Assembly: GCA_036259475.1 (NCBI GenBank)
Contig: DATABS010000021.1
Coordinates: 305-64,304, forward strand
Length of the DNA: 64,000 nucleotides
Reading direction: 5' to 3'
From: Acidimicrobiia bacterium
GTDB taxonomy: Bacteria; Actinomycetota; Acidimicrobiia; Spongiisociales; ZC4RG35
The position numbers were made by a program, and so were the translations under genes. A model generated the notes under the pieces. The model had not been told where the DNA came from, did not search any database, and was given only the letters and a program-made list of their open reading frames with translations. Below are positions 47,031-57,209 of this stretch, one piece after another; position 1 is the first letter of the stretch, and each line of letters begins with the position of its first letter.

Positions 47031-47708
47031 TCAAACGCGTGGCGTGAGGACCGTGCGGCAGAGGGACGGCTGGACGAACGGCTCGAGCGACTCCACCTCG
47101 GTGGCGTTGCCCAGCGCCTCGGCGGCACCCCGCATCAGACCCATGTGAAGCGAGCAAATCACCTCCGGGTGGTCCCGAGCGACGTCCCGAAACGGGCAGT
47201 CGGACAATTCGATGACGGTCCGCCCACCGCCTGCCTCCGCCCGTGGGGCGAATCCGACTTCCTCGAGCAACTGCGTGATACGCCGGGTGGCCTCGTCGGA
47301 GCCCAGGGCATGGGGAGCCATCTCGCCACACAGCTGTCGGGCCCAGCGGCGCCCGGCTTCTTCGGCGGCCCGGGCCGGATCGTGGGTGGACGACTCGACC
47401 GTTGCGGTGAGCATCTCGGCCAGGAGGCGATAGTCCGGGGCGGCCGGTTCGCCCGATCCCGACGTTCGACGGTATACCATTCGGGGCCGACCGGGTGTGG
47501 TGCGGGGCTGCTTGTCCCGGGCGACCAGGTCCGCCGCCTCCAGCACGTCGAGATGGCCGCGCACGGTGTTGGGATGGAGGCGCACCGCCCCGGCGAGGCT
47601 CTCGACGTCGCGGGGCTCGGCCGAATCTTCGAGCAGCCGCAGGATCCGGCGCCGAACCGGGTCGGACAACGCCCGATAGCGGGCCTGGCGCAGCTCGGCG
47701 GGGGTCAC
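47031..47708 (-). CDS. ArsR-family (HTH_20) winged-helix regulator with a C-terminal Cys/His domain
   Basis: RALSDPVRRRILRLLEDSAEPRDVESLAGAVRLHPNTVRGHLDVLEAADLV HTH, then CPFRD...CSLHMG. My hand indexing of the ends differed from the track by a few nt, so I used the track coordinates. Confidence 0.75.
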   Translation of the reverse strand: MTPAELRQARYRALSDPVRRRILRLLEDSAEPRDVESLAGAVRLHPNTVRGHLDVLEAADLVARDKQPRTTPGRPRMVYRRTSGSGEPAAPDYRLLAEMLTATVESSTHDPARAAEEAGRRWARQLCGEMAPHALGSDEATRRITQLLEEVGFAPRAEAGGGRTVIELSDCPFRDVARDHPEVICSLHMGLMRGAAEALGNATEVESLEPFVQPSLCRTVLTPRV

Positions 47709-47856
47709 GGCGGAAGTTTAAGCGTCTTCGACCAGAGAAACGCTCGGGGGAGGTAGCGGAGCGACTTGGTCGGCGGAAACGTGGGCTCCGGACCCGCTAT
47801 GCGGTGGGTGGAACGCTGGGTTGAGCTGCGGTCAGCTCAGGCGCCGAGCGGGTCGG

Positions 47857-48267
47857 TCAGCCGGCGCGAGGCCACAAGACCGACTGGGTCTGGGTCACCT
47901 TGGCGATCAGCCGCTCGTCGTCGGCGTAGAGCGACGTTTCCACCACGATCGTGGTGCGTCCCGCATGGAGCGGAGTGGAAACCGCGCTGACTGTTCCCTC
48001 TTTCACTGCTCCGAGGAAATTGGTCTTCGACTCGATCGTGGACGTTCCCTGGGCCCCGTCGGGCAAGTTGAGGAAGGCACAAACGGCGCCGGCCGAGTCG
48101 GCCAGGGTCATGATGGCGCCGCCATGCAGCACGCCCCCGATCGTGCATAGGTGCGGTGCCCAGTCGAGCTGCAATCGGACCTCGCCCGGATCGATCGATT
48201 CTGCCCGGACGCCCAGCGTCTCGGTGAGCGCCATCGACTGGTGGACGTAGGCAGTGGGATCTTCCAT
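47857..48267 (-). CDS. PaaI/hotdog-fold thioesterase
   Basis: GGVLHGGAIMTLADSAG hotdog motif. ATG at 48267 with an AGGAGA SD. Confidence 0.8.
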   Translation of the reverse strand: MEDPTAYVHQSMALTETLGVRAESIDPGEVRLQLDWAPHLCTIGGVLHGGAIMTLADSAGAVCAFLNLPDGAQGTSTIESKTNFLGAVKEGTVSAVSTPLHAGRTTIVVETSLYADDERLIAKVTQTQSVLWPRAG

Positions 48268-48361
48268 CGTGTCTCCTGGATCGGCCGCAGGTCTCCCAGG
48301 TTGCCACAAGAAGGCGATGTCCCCGCCGATCTACTGGTCCCCTGGCAATCGCCCCTCGGGG

Positions 48362-48769
48362 TCACCGGGCGATGGCGTCGGCCTGCTCGATCCAGCCGAC
48401 GACTTCCTCCAGGCTCGGGGGTGACTCGACTACTTTCGCCTTCCGGTTCACCTGGATCAGGGCTTCATGTAAGGCCTCGGCGCTGCGGTGCCGCAGCTGT
48501 CGCAGGCTGGTGACTCCCGCCGCCTCGAGCAGAGCGGCCGAACGAGGGCCGATTGCCTCGACGCGCATCAGGTCGGCCCGCTTGGCCCACTCGGCCAGAC
48601 GTTCCACCGAAATCCCCGTGGTGCCGGCGAGCTCGCTGCGCCCGGCCCTGTCACCGGCGTGAGCCCACATGTCTGCCACAGTTTCGACCCCACCCATCCG
48701 CAGCTTGGCGGCCTGTCGCGGGTCGATACCGACGATGTCCGTCACCGGGTGGGTCCTGGCGTCGCTCAT
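48362..48769 (-). CDS. DUF4332-like helix-hairpin-helix protein
   Basis: DIVGIDPRQAAKL HhH. ATG at 48769 with a GGAGGT SD. Confidence 0.6.
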   Translation of the reverse strand: MSDARTHPVTDIVGIDPRQAAKLRMGGVETVADMWAHAGDRAGRSELAGTTGISVERLAEWAKRADLMRVEAIGPRSAALLEAAGVTSLRQLRHRSAEALHEALIQVNRKAKVVESPPSLEEVVGWIEQADAIAR

Positions 48770-48849
48770 CCAACCTCCGTGTCGTTCTGGGGCCCATTGT
48801 GGCTGCCTGGCGGCCTCAAGACCCAAGCCGGTCTACGCTCCCGTGCGAA

Positions 48850-49590
48850 GTGATCCGGCGCCTCTTTCCCGCCGGCGGTCAGGTCGTGGAGGACCTGGTC
48901 GCCTTTGCTCTCGACGAGCACCGGCCGGGCGGGCACCATCTGATGCTCAATATGGTGACGTCGCTGGACGGGGCAACCGCCGTCGGAGGAGAGGCCACTC
49001 CTCTGGGAGACGATGACGACAGGGCGTTGTTTCGAGCGTTACGCGCGGCCTGCGACGTCATCTTGGTTGGGGCGGGTACCGTGCGGGCCGAGGATTACGG
49101 ACCGGTGCGGCTCCCGGGCAAAGCGGTGGAGGCCAGGCAATCCCGCCACCTTCCGCCAGTACCCCGCCTGGCCATCGTGAGCCGCACCCTCGACCTCGAT
49201 CCCGCCGCCCGGGTCTTCTCCAACACCGAGCGCGGTCCCTACATCATCACCGGCGAGGACGCTCCGCCCGCCCGCCGCCAGGTATTGGCCGACCGAGCGG
49301 AGATCGTCGTGGCGGGAGAATCGGGAGCCGACCCCAAATCGATCATCCATGCCCTCCATGACAAGGGCCATGCGGTGATCCTTTGTGAGGGCGGTCCCAC
49401 CCTCAACTCGCAGTTCATCGCCTCCGGGCTCGTCGACGAGTTGAACCTGACCATCTCGCCCGTGATCGTCGGCGGTTCCTCATTTCGGCTCACGCACGGT
49501 GCCCCGGAGGTGCAACACGACTACCGCCTCGACCGGCTGATGACCGGCGACCGCATGCTTTTCGGCCGCTACCTCAGAGTGGGACGGTGA
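48850..49590 (+). CDS. RibD C-terminal domain / dihydrofolate-reductase-family protein
   Basis: LMLNMVTSLDGATA...VILVGAGTVRAED...ILCEGGPTLNSQFIASGLVDEL. The start is uncertain (GTG at ~48850). Confidence 0.7.
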   Translation: MIRRLFPAGGQVVEDLVAFALDEHRPGGHHLMLNMVTSLDGATAVGGEATPLGDDDDRALFRALRAACDVILVGAGTVRAEDYGPVRLPGKAVEARQSRHLPPVPRLAIVSRTLDLDPAARVFSNTERGPYIITGEDAPPARRQVLADRAEIVVAGESGADPKSIIHALHDKGHAVILCEGGPTLNSQFIASGLVDELNLTISPVIVGGSSFRLTHGAPEVQHDYRLDRLMTGDRMLFGRYLRVGR

Positions 49591-51889
49591 CGCCCTCGGG
49601 CGTCACCTGAACGGTCTCTCCCCGCACCGTCACGTCGAGCTTCCCGTCGTCGGTGGAGAGGACCATCCGCTGGTGGTCGAGATCGACGGAGAGCCTCATG
49701 CCGCGGACCATCAGCTTGAAGATCATCGCCCGCCACTCGGCCGGCAGCCGAGGATCGAAGCTGATGTCGCCCGCCGTGTCGCGCATGCCCGCCATCCCGT
49801 AGATCAGCGTCATCCACACCCCTCCGGCGGAGGCCAGGTGGAGGCCGTCGGTTGTGTTGCGGTGAAGGTCGGCCAGGTCGGTGAAGAGGACGGTGCGGAA
49901 GTACTCCATGGCGAGTTCGGCCTCACCGATCTCGGCGGCGACGATCGACTGGACACAGGCAGACAGCGACGAGTCGCCGGTCGTGAGAGGGTCGTAGTAC
50001 TCGAAGTTGGCCCGCTTCAGTTGGGGAGAGAAATGGTCGCCCAGCAGGAACATCGCCATGACGACGTCCGCCTGCTTCAGCACCTGGTACCGGTAGATCA
50101 CCAGGGGGTGGAAATGGAGCAACAGGGGGTGACGCTCGGGTCCCACGGCGTCGAAGTCCCAGTGCTCCTTGGCGAGGAAGCTCTCGTCCTGTTTGGTGAT
50201 GCCGAACCCCGTGTCGTAGCCGACGTACATCCTCGCCGCCGCCAGCCTCCACTCCTCGACCTCGGTGTCGAGCACACCGAGCCGGGAGCGCAGGCGCCTC
50301 CAGCGGAGTGACTCCTCGACCCGCATTCGCTCCACGCAGGAGACTGCATACTGCAGATTCATCTGGGCCATCAGGTTGGTGTAGGCGTTGTCGTCGACGA
50401 GGGCGGTGTACTCGTCGGGTCCGGTGACGCCATAGATGTGGAACGCCCCATCGCGGTGGAAGCCCAGGTCGGCCCACATGCGGGCGGTCTCGATGAGGAT
50501 CTCCACGCCGAAGTCCCACAGGAGCTCTTCGTCGCCGGTCACTTCGACGTATTTGCGCAGCGCGTAGGCGATGTCGGCGTTGATGTGATATTGGGCGGTG
50601 CCGGCGGCGTAGTAGGCGCTGGCCTCCTCACCACTTATCGTCCGCCAGGGGAACAGGGCCCCCCGCAGCGCCAGCTCGCGGGCCCGGTCGCGGGCATGGT
50701 CCAGCATCCCGTAGCGGAAACGGAGGAGCTGAGCGGCCACCCGCGGGTTGGTGTACAACAGGAAAGGGAGCACGAAGATCTCGGCGTCCCAGAAGTAGTG
50801 GCCGTCGTAGGTCTGACCGGTCACTCCCTTGGCCGGTATCCCGGTCCCGTTGATCTGCGCCGACGCCTGGTGGAGCTGGAAGAGGATCCATCGAACCGCC
50901 TGCTGAACCGCCTTGTCGGTTCCGATGTGGACGTCGGCGTTCGCCCAGTAGATGTCCCAGGCACCCCCCTGGGCGGTGGCGGCCGCCTCGTAGCCGGCGG
51001 CGGCGGCGACGTGGACGGCGTCTTCGGCCTGGTCGATGCCCCGGTCCTCCGCCGTCTCGAAGGTGGTAAAGGTTTCGAGAGTCACCTTGTCACCGCGTCC
51101 CAGCTCGACCGAGAACGTCGCCTGAGGATGATCGGGATGTTCCATGACGATCGTCTCGTGCGGCCGGTCGAGCCGGTGCGTCATCGACACCGCCAGGTTC
51201 AACCGCGACTGCACTGTTTCGTAGCCGACCGAGATCGTCTCGGGACCCACCCGGAGTCCTGTTGGCTCCAGGACCCTCCGGCCGAAGTTCTTCGCTCGCC
51301 GCGGGTCGAACTGAGAGGCAGCGGGCTCCAAATAATCTGTGTCCTGGCGGTTGATCAGTTCGGAGACGAGCACCACGTTGGCGGGCTCGTCGACCGTCAC
51401 CGACAGCCGGCACACCACGAGGTCGGGTTGGACGAGAGACACCAGGCGCGTGGCGGTGACGTCCACTCCGATACCTCCGCGGGTTTCCCAGTGGTAGCTG
51501 TGGCTCAGAGTGCCCGCTTGGAAGTCGAGGCGCCGCTCCCAGGCAGAGATCTGGGCACGGTCGAAATCGACCATTTCGCCGTTCACCGCGATCCGCACGG
51601 GGGTCGGGTCGGGGACGTAGACGATGGTCTGGCCGGCCGTGGCGAATCCGTAGCCGGCCTCGGGGTAGACGATGGGCCACGACTCGTAGAAGCCGTTGAT
51701 CAGGACCCCCGGCTGGTGGGCCGGTTTGCCCTGGTGGAAGGAGCCGCGAACTCCCAGATGGCCGTTGCCCAGGGCGAACACGGTTTCCAACAGGGGTGTC
51801 AGTTCTTTCGTGTAGGCGGTCTCGACGATCGCCCACCGGTCGATCGGATAGAGATCGTGGGGCAGCTCGGGAACGATCTTGCGCCTCAT
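49574..51889 (-). CDS. Glycoside hydrolase family 65 phosphorylase (maltose/trehalose/kojibiose phosphorylase type)
   Basis: 771 aa with an N-terminal beta-sandwich, a central (alpha/alpha)6 catalytic domain and a C-terminal domain. Paired with a beta-phosphoglucomutase. Confidence 0.9.
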   Translation of the reverse strand: MRRKIVPELPHDLYPIDRWAIVETAYTKELTPLLETVFALGNGHLGVRGSFHQGKPAHQPGVLINGFYESWPIVYPEAGYGFATAGQTIVYVPDPTPVRIAVNGEMVDFDRAQISAWERRLDFQAGTLSHSYHWETRGGIGVDVTATRLVSLVQPDLVVCRLSVTVDEPANVVLVSELINRQDTDYLEPAASQFDPRRAKNFGRRVLEPTGLRVGPETISVGYETVQSRLNLAVSMTHRLDRPHETIVMEHPDHPQATFSVELGRGDKVTLETFTTFETAEDRGIDQAEDAVHVAAAAGYEAAATAQGGAWDIYWANADVHIGTDKAVQQAVRWILFQLHQASAQINGTGIPAKGVTGQTYDGHYFWDAEIFVLPFLLYTNPRVAAQLLRFRYGMLDHARDRARELALRGALFPWRTISGEEASAYYAAGTAQYHINADIAYALRKYVEVTGDEELLWDFGVEILIETARMWADLGFHRDGAFHIYGVTGPDEYTALVDDNAYTNLMAQMNLQYAVSCVERMRVEESLRWRRLRSRLGVLDTEVEEWRLAAARMYVGYDTGFGITKQDESFLAKEHWDFDAVGPERHPLLLHFHPLVIYRYQVLKQADVVMAMFLLGDHFSPQLKRANFEYYDPLTTGDSSLSACVQSIVAAEIGEAELAMEYFRTVLFTDLADLHRNTTDGLHLASAGGVWMTLIYGMAGMRDTAGDISFDPRLPAEWRAMIFKLMVRGMRLSVDLDHQRMVLSTDDGKLDVTVRGETVQVTPEGVTVPL

Positions 51890-52614
51890 GCCAGCTCGCC
51901 GAGGTCGGCTACGACTAGGTGGGCTCCGGCGTCCGCCAGCGCGGTAGGGTCGCCGTGGCGGTCGACACCGATGACGGCGCCGAAGCGGCCGGCCACGCCC
52001 GCCTGGACACCGGCGACCGCATCCTCCACCACGACCGACTTCTCAGGTGTCACATCCATCCGGCGGGCCGCCTCGAGGAAGGTGTCGGGCGCCGGCTTGC
52101 CGGCCAGCCCCAGGTTCGTTGTGACCTCACCGTCCACGCGCACCTCGAAACGGTCGAGGAGCCCCGCCCCCGAGAGCACTGTTGCCGCGTTGGCCGATGC
52201 CGACACCACCGCCAGCCGCAGGCCCATCTCTTCGAGGTGGTCGAGGAGGAGCAGCGACCCGGGAAATGCTTCGATCTCTCCTTGGGCGAGCAGGTCCTGG
52301 ACGAGCTGGTTCTTCAGATTGCCGACCCCACACACCGTGTCGTGACCGGGTGCGTCACTCGGGTCGCCGAAGGGCAACTGGATGCCACGGGAGGAGAGAA
52401 AGGAGACAACTCCCTCATAGCGGGGTCGACCGTCGACATAGACCCGGTAGTCCTGGTCTATGTCGAACGGCTCCGGTTCCGGCCCCTCCCGGTCCTCGAG
52501 GAATTCGTCGAAGGTCTGCTTCCAGGCTGCGGCGTGGATCTTGGCCGTCGAGGTCAGGACGCCGTCGAGATCGAAGAGCACCGCCTCGAATCCTGTCCAA
52601 TCGAAGCGGCTCAC
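51886..52614 (-). CDS. pgmB: Beta-phosphoglucomutase (HAD-IA)
   Basis: LFDLDGVLT (motif I), the SAS motif and GVEDAVAGVQAG (motif III). Overlaps GH65 by 4 nt. Confidence 0.85.
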   Translation of the reverse strand: MSRFDWTGFEAVLFDLDGVLTSTAKIHAAAWKQTFDEFLEDREGPEPEPFDIDQDYRVYVDGRPRYEGVVSFLSSRGIQLPFGDPSDAPGHDTVCGVGNLKNQLVQDLLAQGEIEAFPGSLLLLDHLEEMGLRLAVVSASANAATVLSGAGLLDRFEVRVDGEVTTNLGLAGKPAPDTFLEAARRMDVTPEKSVVVEDAVAGVQAGVAGRFGAVIGVDRHGDPTALADAGAHLVVADLGELA

Positions 52615-52656
52615 GAGGTCAGCTGCCGTGCGGCGGTGGTGGCGAACAGGGCCGCA

Positions 52657-52868
52657 TCATGACGCCGAAGCGTCGGCACCTGCCTTGACTCCGTTGCGTG
52701 AGGCCGGCTGTTCGCCACGCACCTGCGAGAGCGGGAAGGAGACGCAGCGGCCGGCCATGGGGAACGGCTCGGTGAGGAGCATCTCCATGGTGCTCGGGCC
52801 GCGGCAGATCACGTGGCCGGTGTACGAACGCGAACCAGTGTCGGTTTCGATGGTGACGGTGACGATCA
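52657..52868 (-). CDS. Small hypothetical protein (69 aa) MIVTVTIETDTGSRSYTGHVICRGP...
   Basis: An ORF with protein-like composition upstream of the AT-rich promoter of the two-component operon. No confident family. Confidence 0.35.
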
Positions 52869-53094
52869 TTGCGATACTCGCAGGTGGCTTTCTGTCAGCG
52901 TGATGGATCTGGTGGATCTGATTGAATTCATCGGCTGCCCCAGCCCTTTTCCGAAGCGCCGGTTTCATCGTGCCACGCCATCGGCGCGAACTGAAGGATC
53001 CTGCCCGGGACCAGCGACCCACTCTGCGAAAAGGTGTGCAGAGGGTCATCTGGCATTTAGGTAGGTGTTATCGGGCCTGCGATACCGTTGAGGC

Positions 53095-53772
53095 ATGCGT
53101 CTGCTGCTCGTCGAGGACGAATCCGAGCTGGCGTCCGCGGTAGCCCGGGGGCTACGCCGGGAGGGCCACGCCGTGGACATCGCCGCCACCGTCACGGAGG
53201 CGGAGCTCAAGCTCGCCTCGGCCGAGTACGACCTGTTGTTGCTCGACTGGAACCTTCCCGACGGTGCCGGGGTCGACATCTGCCGTCGGGTCGCCCACGG
53301 GGAAATGCCCCTCTTCGGGGACGAGCGTCCCCGGGTCCTGATGCTGACTGCGCGCGATGACGTCGACGACCGGGTGCTGGGCCTGGATGCCGGCGCCGAC
53401 GACTATGTCGTGAAGCCGTTCGCCTTCGCCGAGCTCGCCGCTCGTGTTCGTGCTCTCCTCCGCCGGGACGACGTCGGATCGCCTCTGCTGCGGGTGGGCG
53501 ACCTGGAACTCGACCCTCGCCGCTTCGCAGCCAGTCAGAACGGGAGTGTTCTCGAGCTCACCGCGAAGGAGTTCTCGCTACTCCACTACTTCATGGCCCA
53601 TCCGGGGGTGGTGATGTCCCAGGAGACCCTGCTCGAGCACGTCTGGGACGAGATGGCCGATCCCTTCACCAATGTCGTCAGGGTGACGATCTCCAACATG
53701 CGGCGCAAGCTCGTCGACCCTGCCGTGATCGAGACGGTCCCCGGCCGCGGCTACCGCCTGGTGGTCCCGTGA
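53095..53772 (+). CDS. OmpR-family response regulator (MprA-like)
   Basis: Receiver (LLLDWNLPDGAG with the phospho-Asp) plus a winged-helix output domain. Followed by the kinase and an HtrA protease, as in mprA-mprB-pepD. Confidence 0.9.
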   Translation: MRLLLVEDESELASAVARGLRREGHAVDIAATVTEAELKLASAEYDLLLLDWNLPDGAGVDICRRVAHGEMPLFGDERPRVLMLTARDDVDDRVLGLDAGADDYVVKPFAFAELAARVRALLRRDDVGSPLLRVGDLELDPRRFAASQNGSVLELTAKEFSLLHYFMAHPGVVMSQETLLEHVWDEMADPFTNVVRVTISNMRRKLVDPAVIETVPGRGYRLVVP

Positions 53773-54923
53773 GGAGGCTCTCCGCTTTCGTTCGTTCGAT
53801 CCGCTTCCGGTTGTCGATCCTCTACTCGTCGGTCGTCTTCGCCCTCGGGGCAGGAGTGCTAGGCGTCACCTACTACTTCGTCCAGCGCAGCCTGCGCCGC
53901 CTCCCTCTGACGTTCGACAGCCGTCTGGCCATCGTCAACGGGCGACCGATCATCGTCCAGGACGTCGACTTGGATTCGGCCCAGCTGATGGAGCAGGCGT
54001 TCACCCAGAGGGCCCTCTCACTCCTGGCCGACAACCTCATCTTCGGGCTGGTCCTCCTCTTCCTCCTGTCGCTGGTGGTCGGCTGGGTGATCGCCGGTCG
54101 CGCCTTGCGGCCGGTGGCGGCGATCACGGCAGTCGCCCGTGACATCCAGGCGTCGGATCTCTCACGGCGCATCGCCTACTCCGGTCCCGACGACGAGCTG
54201 GGCCGGCTCGCCGCCACCTTCGACGACATGCTGGAGCGGCTCGACGCCGCCTTCCACACCCAGCGCCGCTTCCTGGCCGACACCTCTCACGACCTGAGGA
54301 CGCCGCTCGCCGTCATTCGCTCCAACATCGATGTTCTCGCCGACGACCCCGATGCCACGCTCTCTGACTGGAAGGAGGCGGCCGGCATCGTCCAGCGCAA
54401 TGCCGAGCGAATGGGGTCGATGATCGACGACTTGCTGGCTGCTGCCCGTCTGGAGGCACGCGCCGCTGCCCGGGTTGAGCTGGACCTGGCCGATCTCGTG
54501 GCGGAGGCTGCGACCGAACTCCGGCCGAAGGGCGCCGAGAGCGACGTAGACGTAGTGGCCAACCCCCTGCCGGCCCCAATCGAGGGCGTCACCGAGTCGC
54601 TCCGGCGAGCGATCGCCAATTTGGCCGACAATGCGATGAAAGCCGCCCCCATCGGGTCGAAGGTGGTGCTGGCATCCGGCACCAGCGACGGGTGGGCCTG
54701 GGTCGTTGTCGCCGACGAGGGGTCGGGGATCGATCCTGCCGTGGCGGAGGGTCGATCGGGCCCGGGACTCGGGCTTTCGATCGTCCGGCAGGTCGTCGAG
54801 GCGCATGGCGGCACACTGGCCGCCCACCCGAGCGTCGAGCGGGGCACCACCATGGTCATGTGGCTGCCGGCCGCCGTCTCGCCGGCGCCGCCGCCCGACG
54901 AATCACCTTTACAGGCCGTTTAG
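53769..54923 (+). CDS. Sensor histidine kinase (2 TM, HAMP, HisKA, HATPase_c; MprB-like)
   Basis: H-box DTSHDLRTPL, N box NLADNAMKAAP, and G boxes DEGSGI / GLGLSIVRQVV. Confidence 0.9.
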   Translation: MRRLSAFVRSIRFRLSILYSSVVFALGAGVLGVTYYFVQRSLRRLPLTFDSRLAIVNGRPIIVQDVDLDSAQLMEQAFTQRALSLLADNLIFGLVLLFLLSLVVGWVIAGRALRPVAAITAVARDIQASDLSRRIAYSGPDDELGRLAATFDDMLERLDAAFHTQRRFLADTSHDLRTPLAVIRSNIDVLADDPDATLSDWKEAAGIVQRNAERMGSMIDDLLAAARLEARAAARVELDLADLVAEAATELRPKGAESDVDVVANPLPAPIEGVTESLRRAIANLADNAMKAAPIGSKVVLASGTSDGWAWVVVADEGSGIDPAVAEGRSGPGLGLSIVRQVVEAHGGTLAAHPSVERGTTMVMWLPAAVSPAPPPDESPLQAV

Positions 54924-54958
54924 CCGGCCGTTCATAGGGTACGGATCAGGAGGTTCTC

Positions 54959-56059
<1,101 letters not shown>

Positions 56060-56064
56060 CGACT

Positions 56065-57114
56065 TCAACCGCGACGGGAGGCGGCCAGCTCGAAGAGCCT
56101 GGCCGCCCCCTCGCCCATTGAGGCGAACCGCTCGTCACTCGTCTGACCTCTGACGAAGCGGATGTAGATCTGTTCGAGGATGACTCCCAGCTTCCAGGTA
56201 CCGAACACGACATACCAGTCGATGCCTGACACATCTCGTCCTGATCCCTGGGCGTAGCGCGCGATCGCCTCGGCTCGGGGCATCCAGCCAGGCACCGTGA
56301 CCGGCATCAGGGAATGCGCCTCCCGGTCGACCTCCTCGGAGTCGTGCCATGAACCCAAGACAGTGCCCAGGTCGCACAGCGGGTCGCCTCTCGTTGCCAT
56401 GTCCCAGTCGAACACGGCCGCGCACACCGACGGATCGTCCGGCGCAACAGCCATGTTGTCGAGCCGCCAGTCGTTGTGGAGCAACGTCGGAGGGGGAGAG
56501 GTCGGTAGCTGCTCGATCAGCCACGTTCCCACTTCGTCGGCCAACGGATTGTCGGCATGCCGGGCCCGTTCCCATCGCTCGAGCCACCCGTTCACCTGGC
56601 GCTCGAGAAAGCCATCGGGATGGCCGATGCCCTCGAGCCCGCAGGCGGCAGGGTCGACGGCGTGGAACTCGGCCAGAGTATCGATCACCACTCTCGACAG
56701 GGCGGCGTTCGCGTCGACGTCGTCGCCCCCACCGAAGATCTCGGGCACTGTCTCCCGCACGACCACCCCGTCCTTGCGCTCCATGACGAAGAAGGCGGCC
56801 CCGATGACGGACGGGTCGTCGCAATAGAGGAACGCCCGAGGTGCCTTCTCGAACGCCTGCCACAGCCGGGACAGCACGCGGTACTCCCGCCCCATGTCGT
56901 GAGCACCTGGCGCCACGGGCCCGAGGGGCGGTCGCCGCAGGACGTACTCGGTGCCATCGGCGAACTGGAGGAGATAGGTGAGGTTGGCTCGCCCTCCGCC
57001 GAACTGACTCACCGTCATGTCGGCATCGGCGCCGGGGAGGTTCCCGCACAAGTAGGACGCCAAGCGGTCTTCGTCGAACCGTTCTTCTGGACGCACGGCG
57101 ATGACATCCGGCAT
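56065..57114 (-). CDS. Phosphotransferase enzyme family protein (APH-like kinase fold)
   Basis: Brenner motif HNDWRLDN and a DWD (DFG-like) motif. 349 aa. Confidence 0.8.
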   Translation of the reverse strand: MPDVIAVRPEERFDEDRLASYLCGNLPGADADMTVSQFGGGRANLTYLLQFADGTEYVLRRPPLGPVAPGAHDMGREYRVLSRLWQAFEKAPRAFLYCDDPSVIGAAFFVMERKDGVVVRETVPEIFGGGDDVDANAALSRVVIDTLAEFHAVDPAACGLEGIGHPDGFLERQVNGWLERWERARHADNPLADEVGTWLIEQLPTSPPPTLLHNDWRLDNMAVAPDDPSVCAAVFDWDMATRGDPLCDLGTVLGSWHDSEEVDREAHSLMPVTVPGWMPRAEAIARYAQGSGRDVSGIDWYVVFGTWKLGVILEQIYIRFVRGQTSDERFASMGEGAARLFELAASRRG

Positions 57115-57209
57115 GGGACCTATCTAAGCAAGTCGGTAACCTGCCTCTCTCACAGGAGGACACCACCATCACCCCATTCGACATCTCGAAGGCGTTCGTC
57201 GACGAGGTC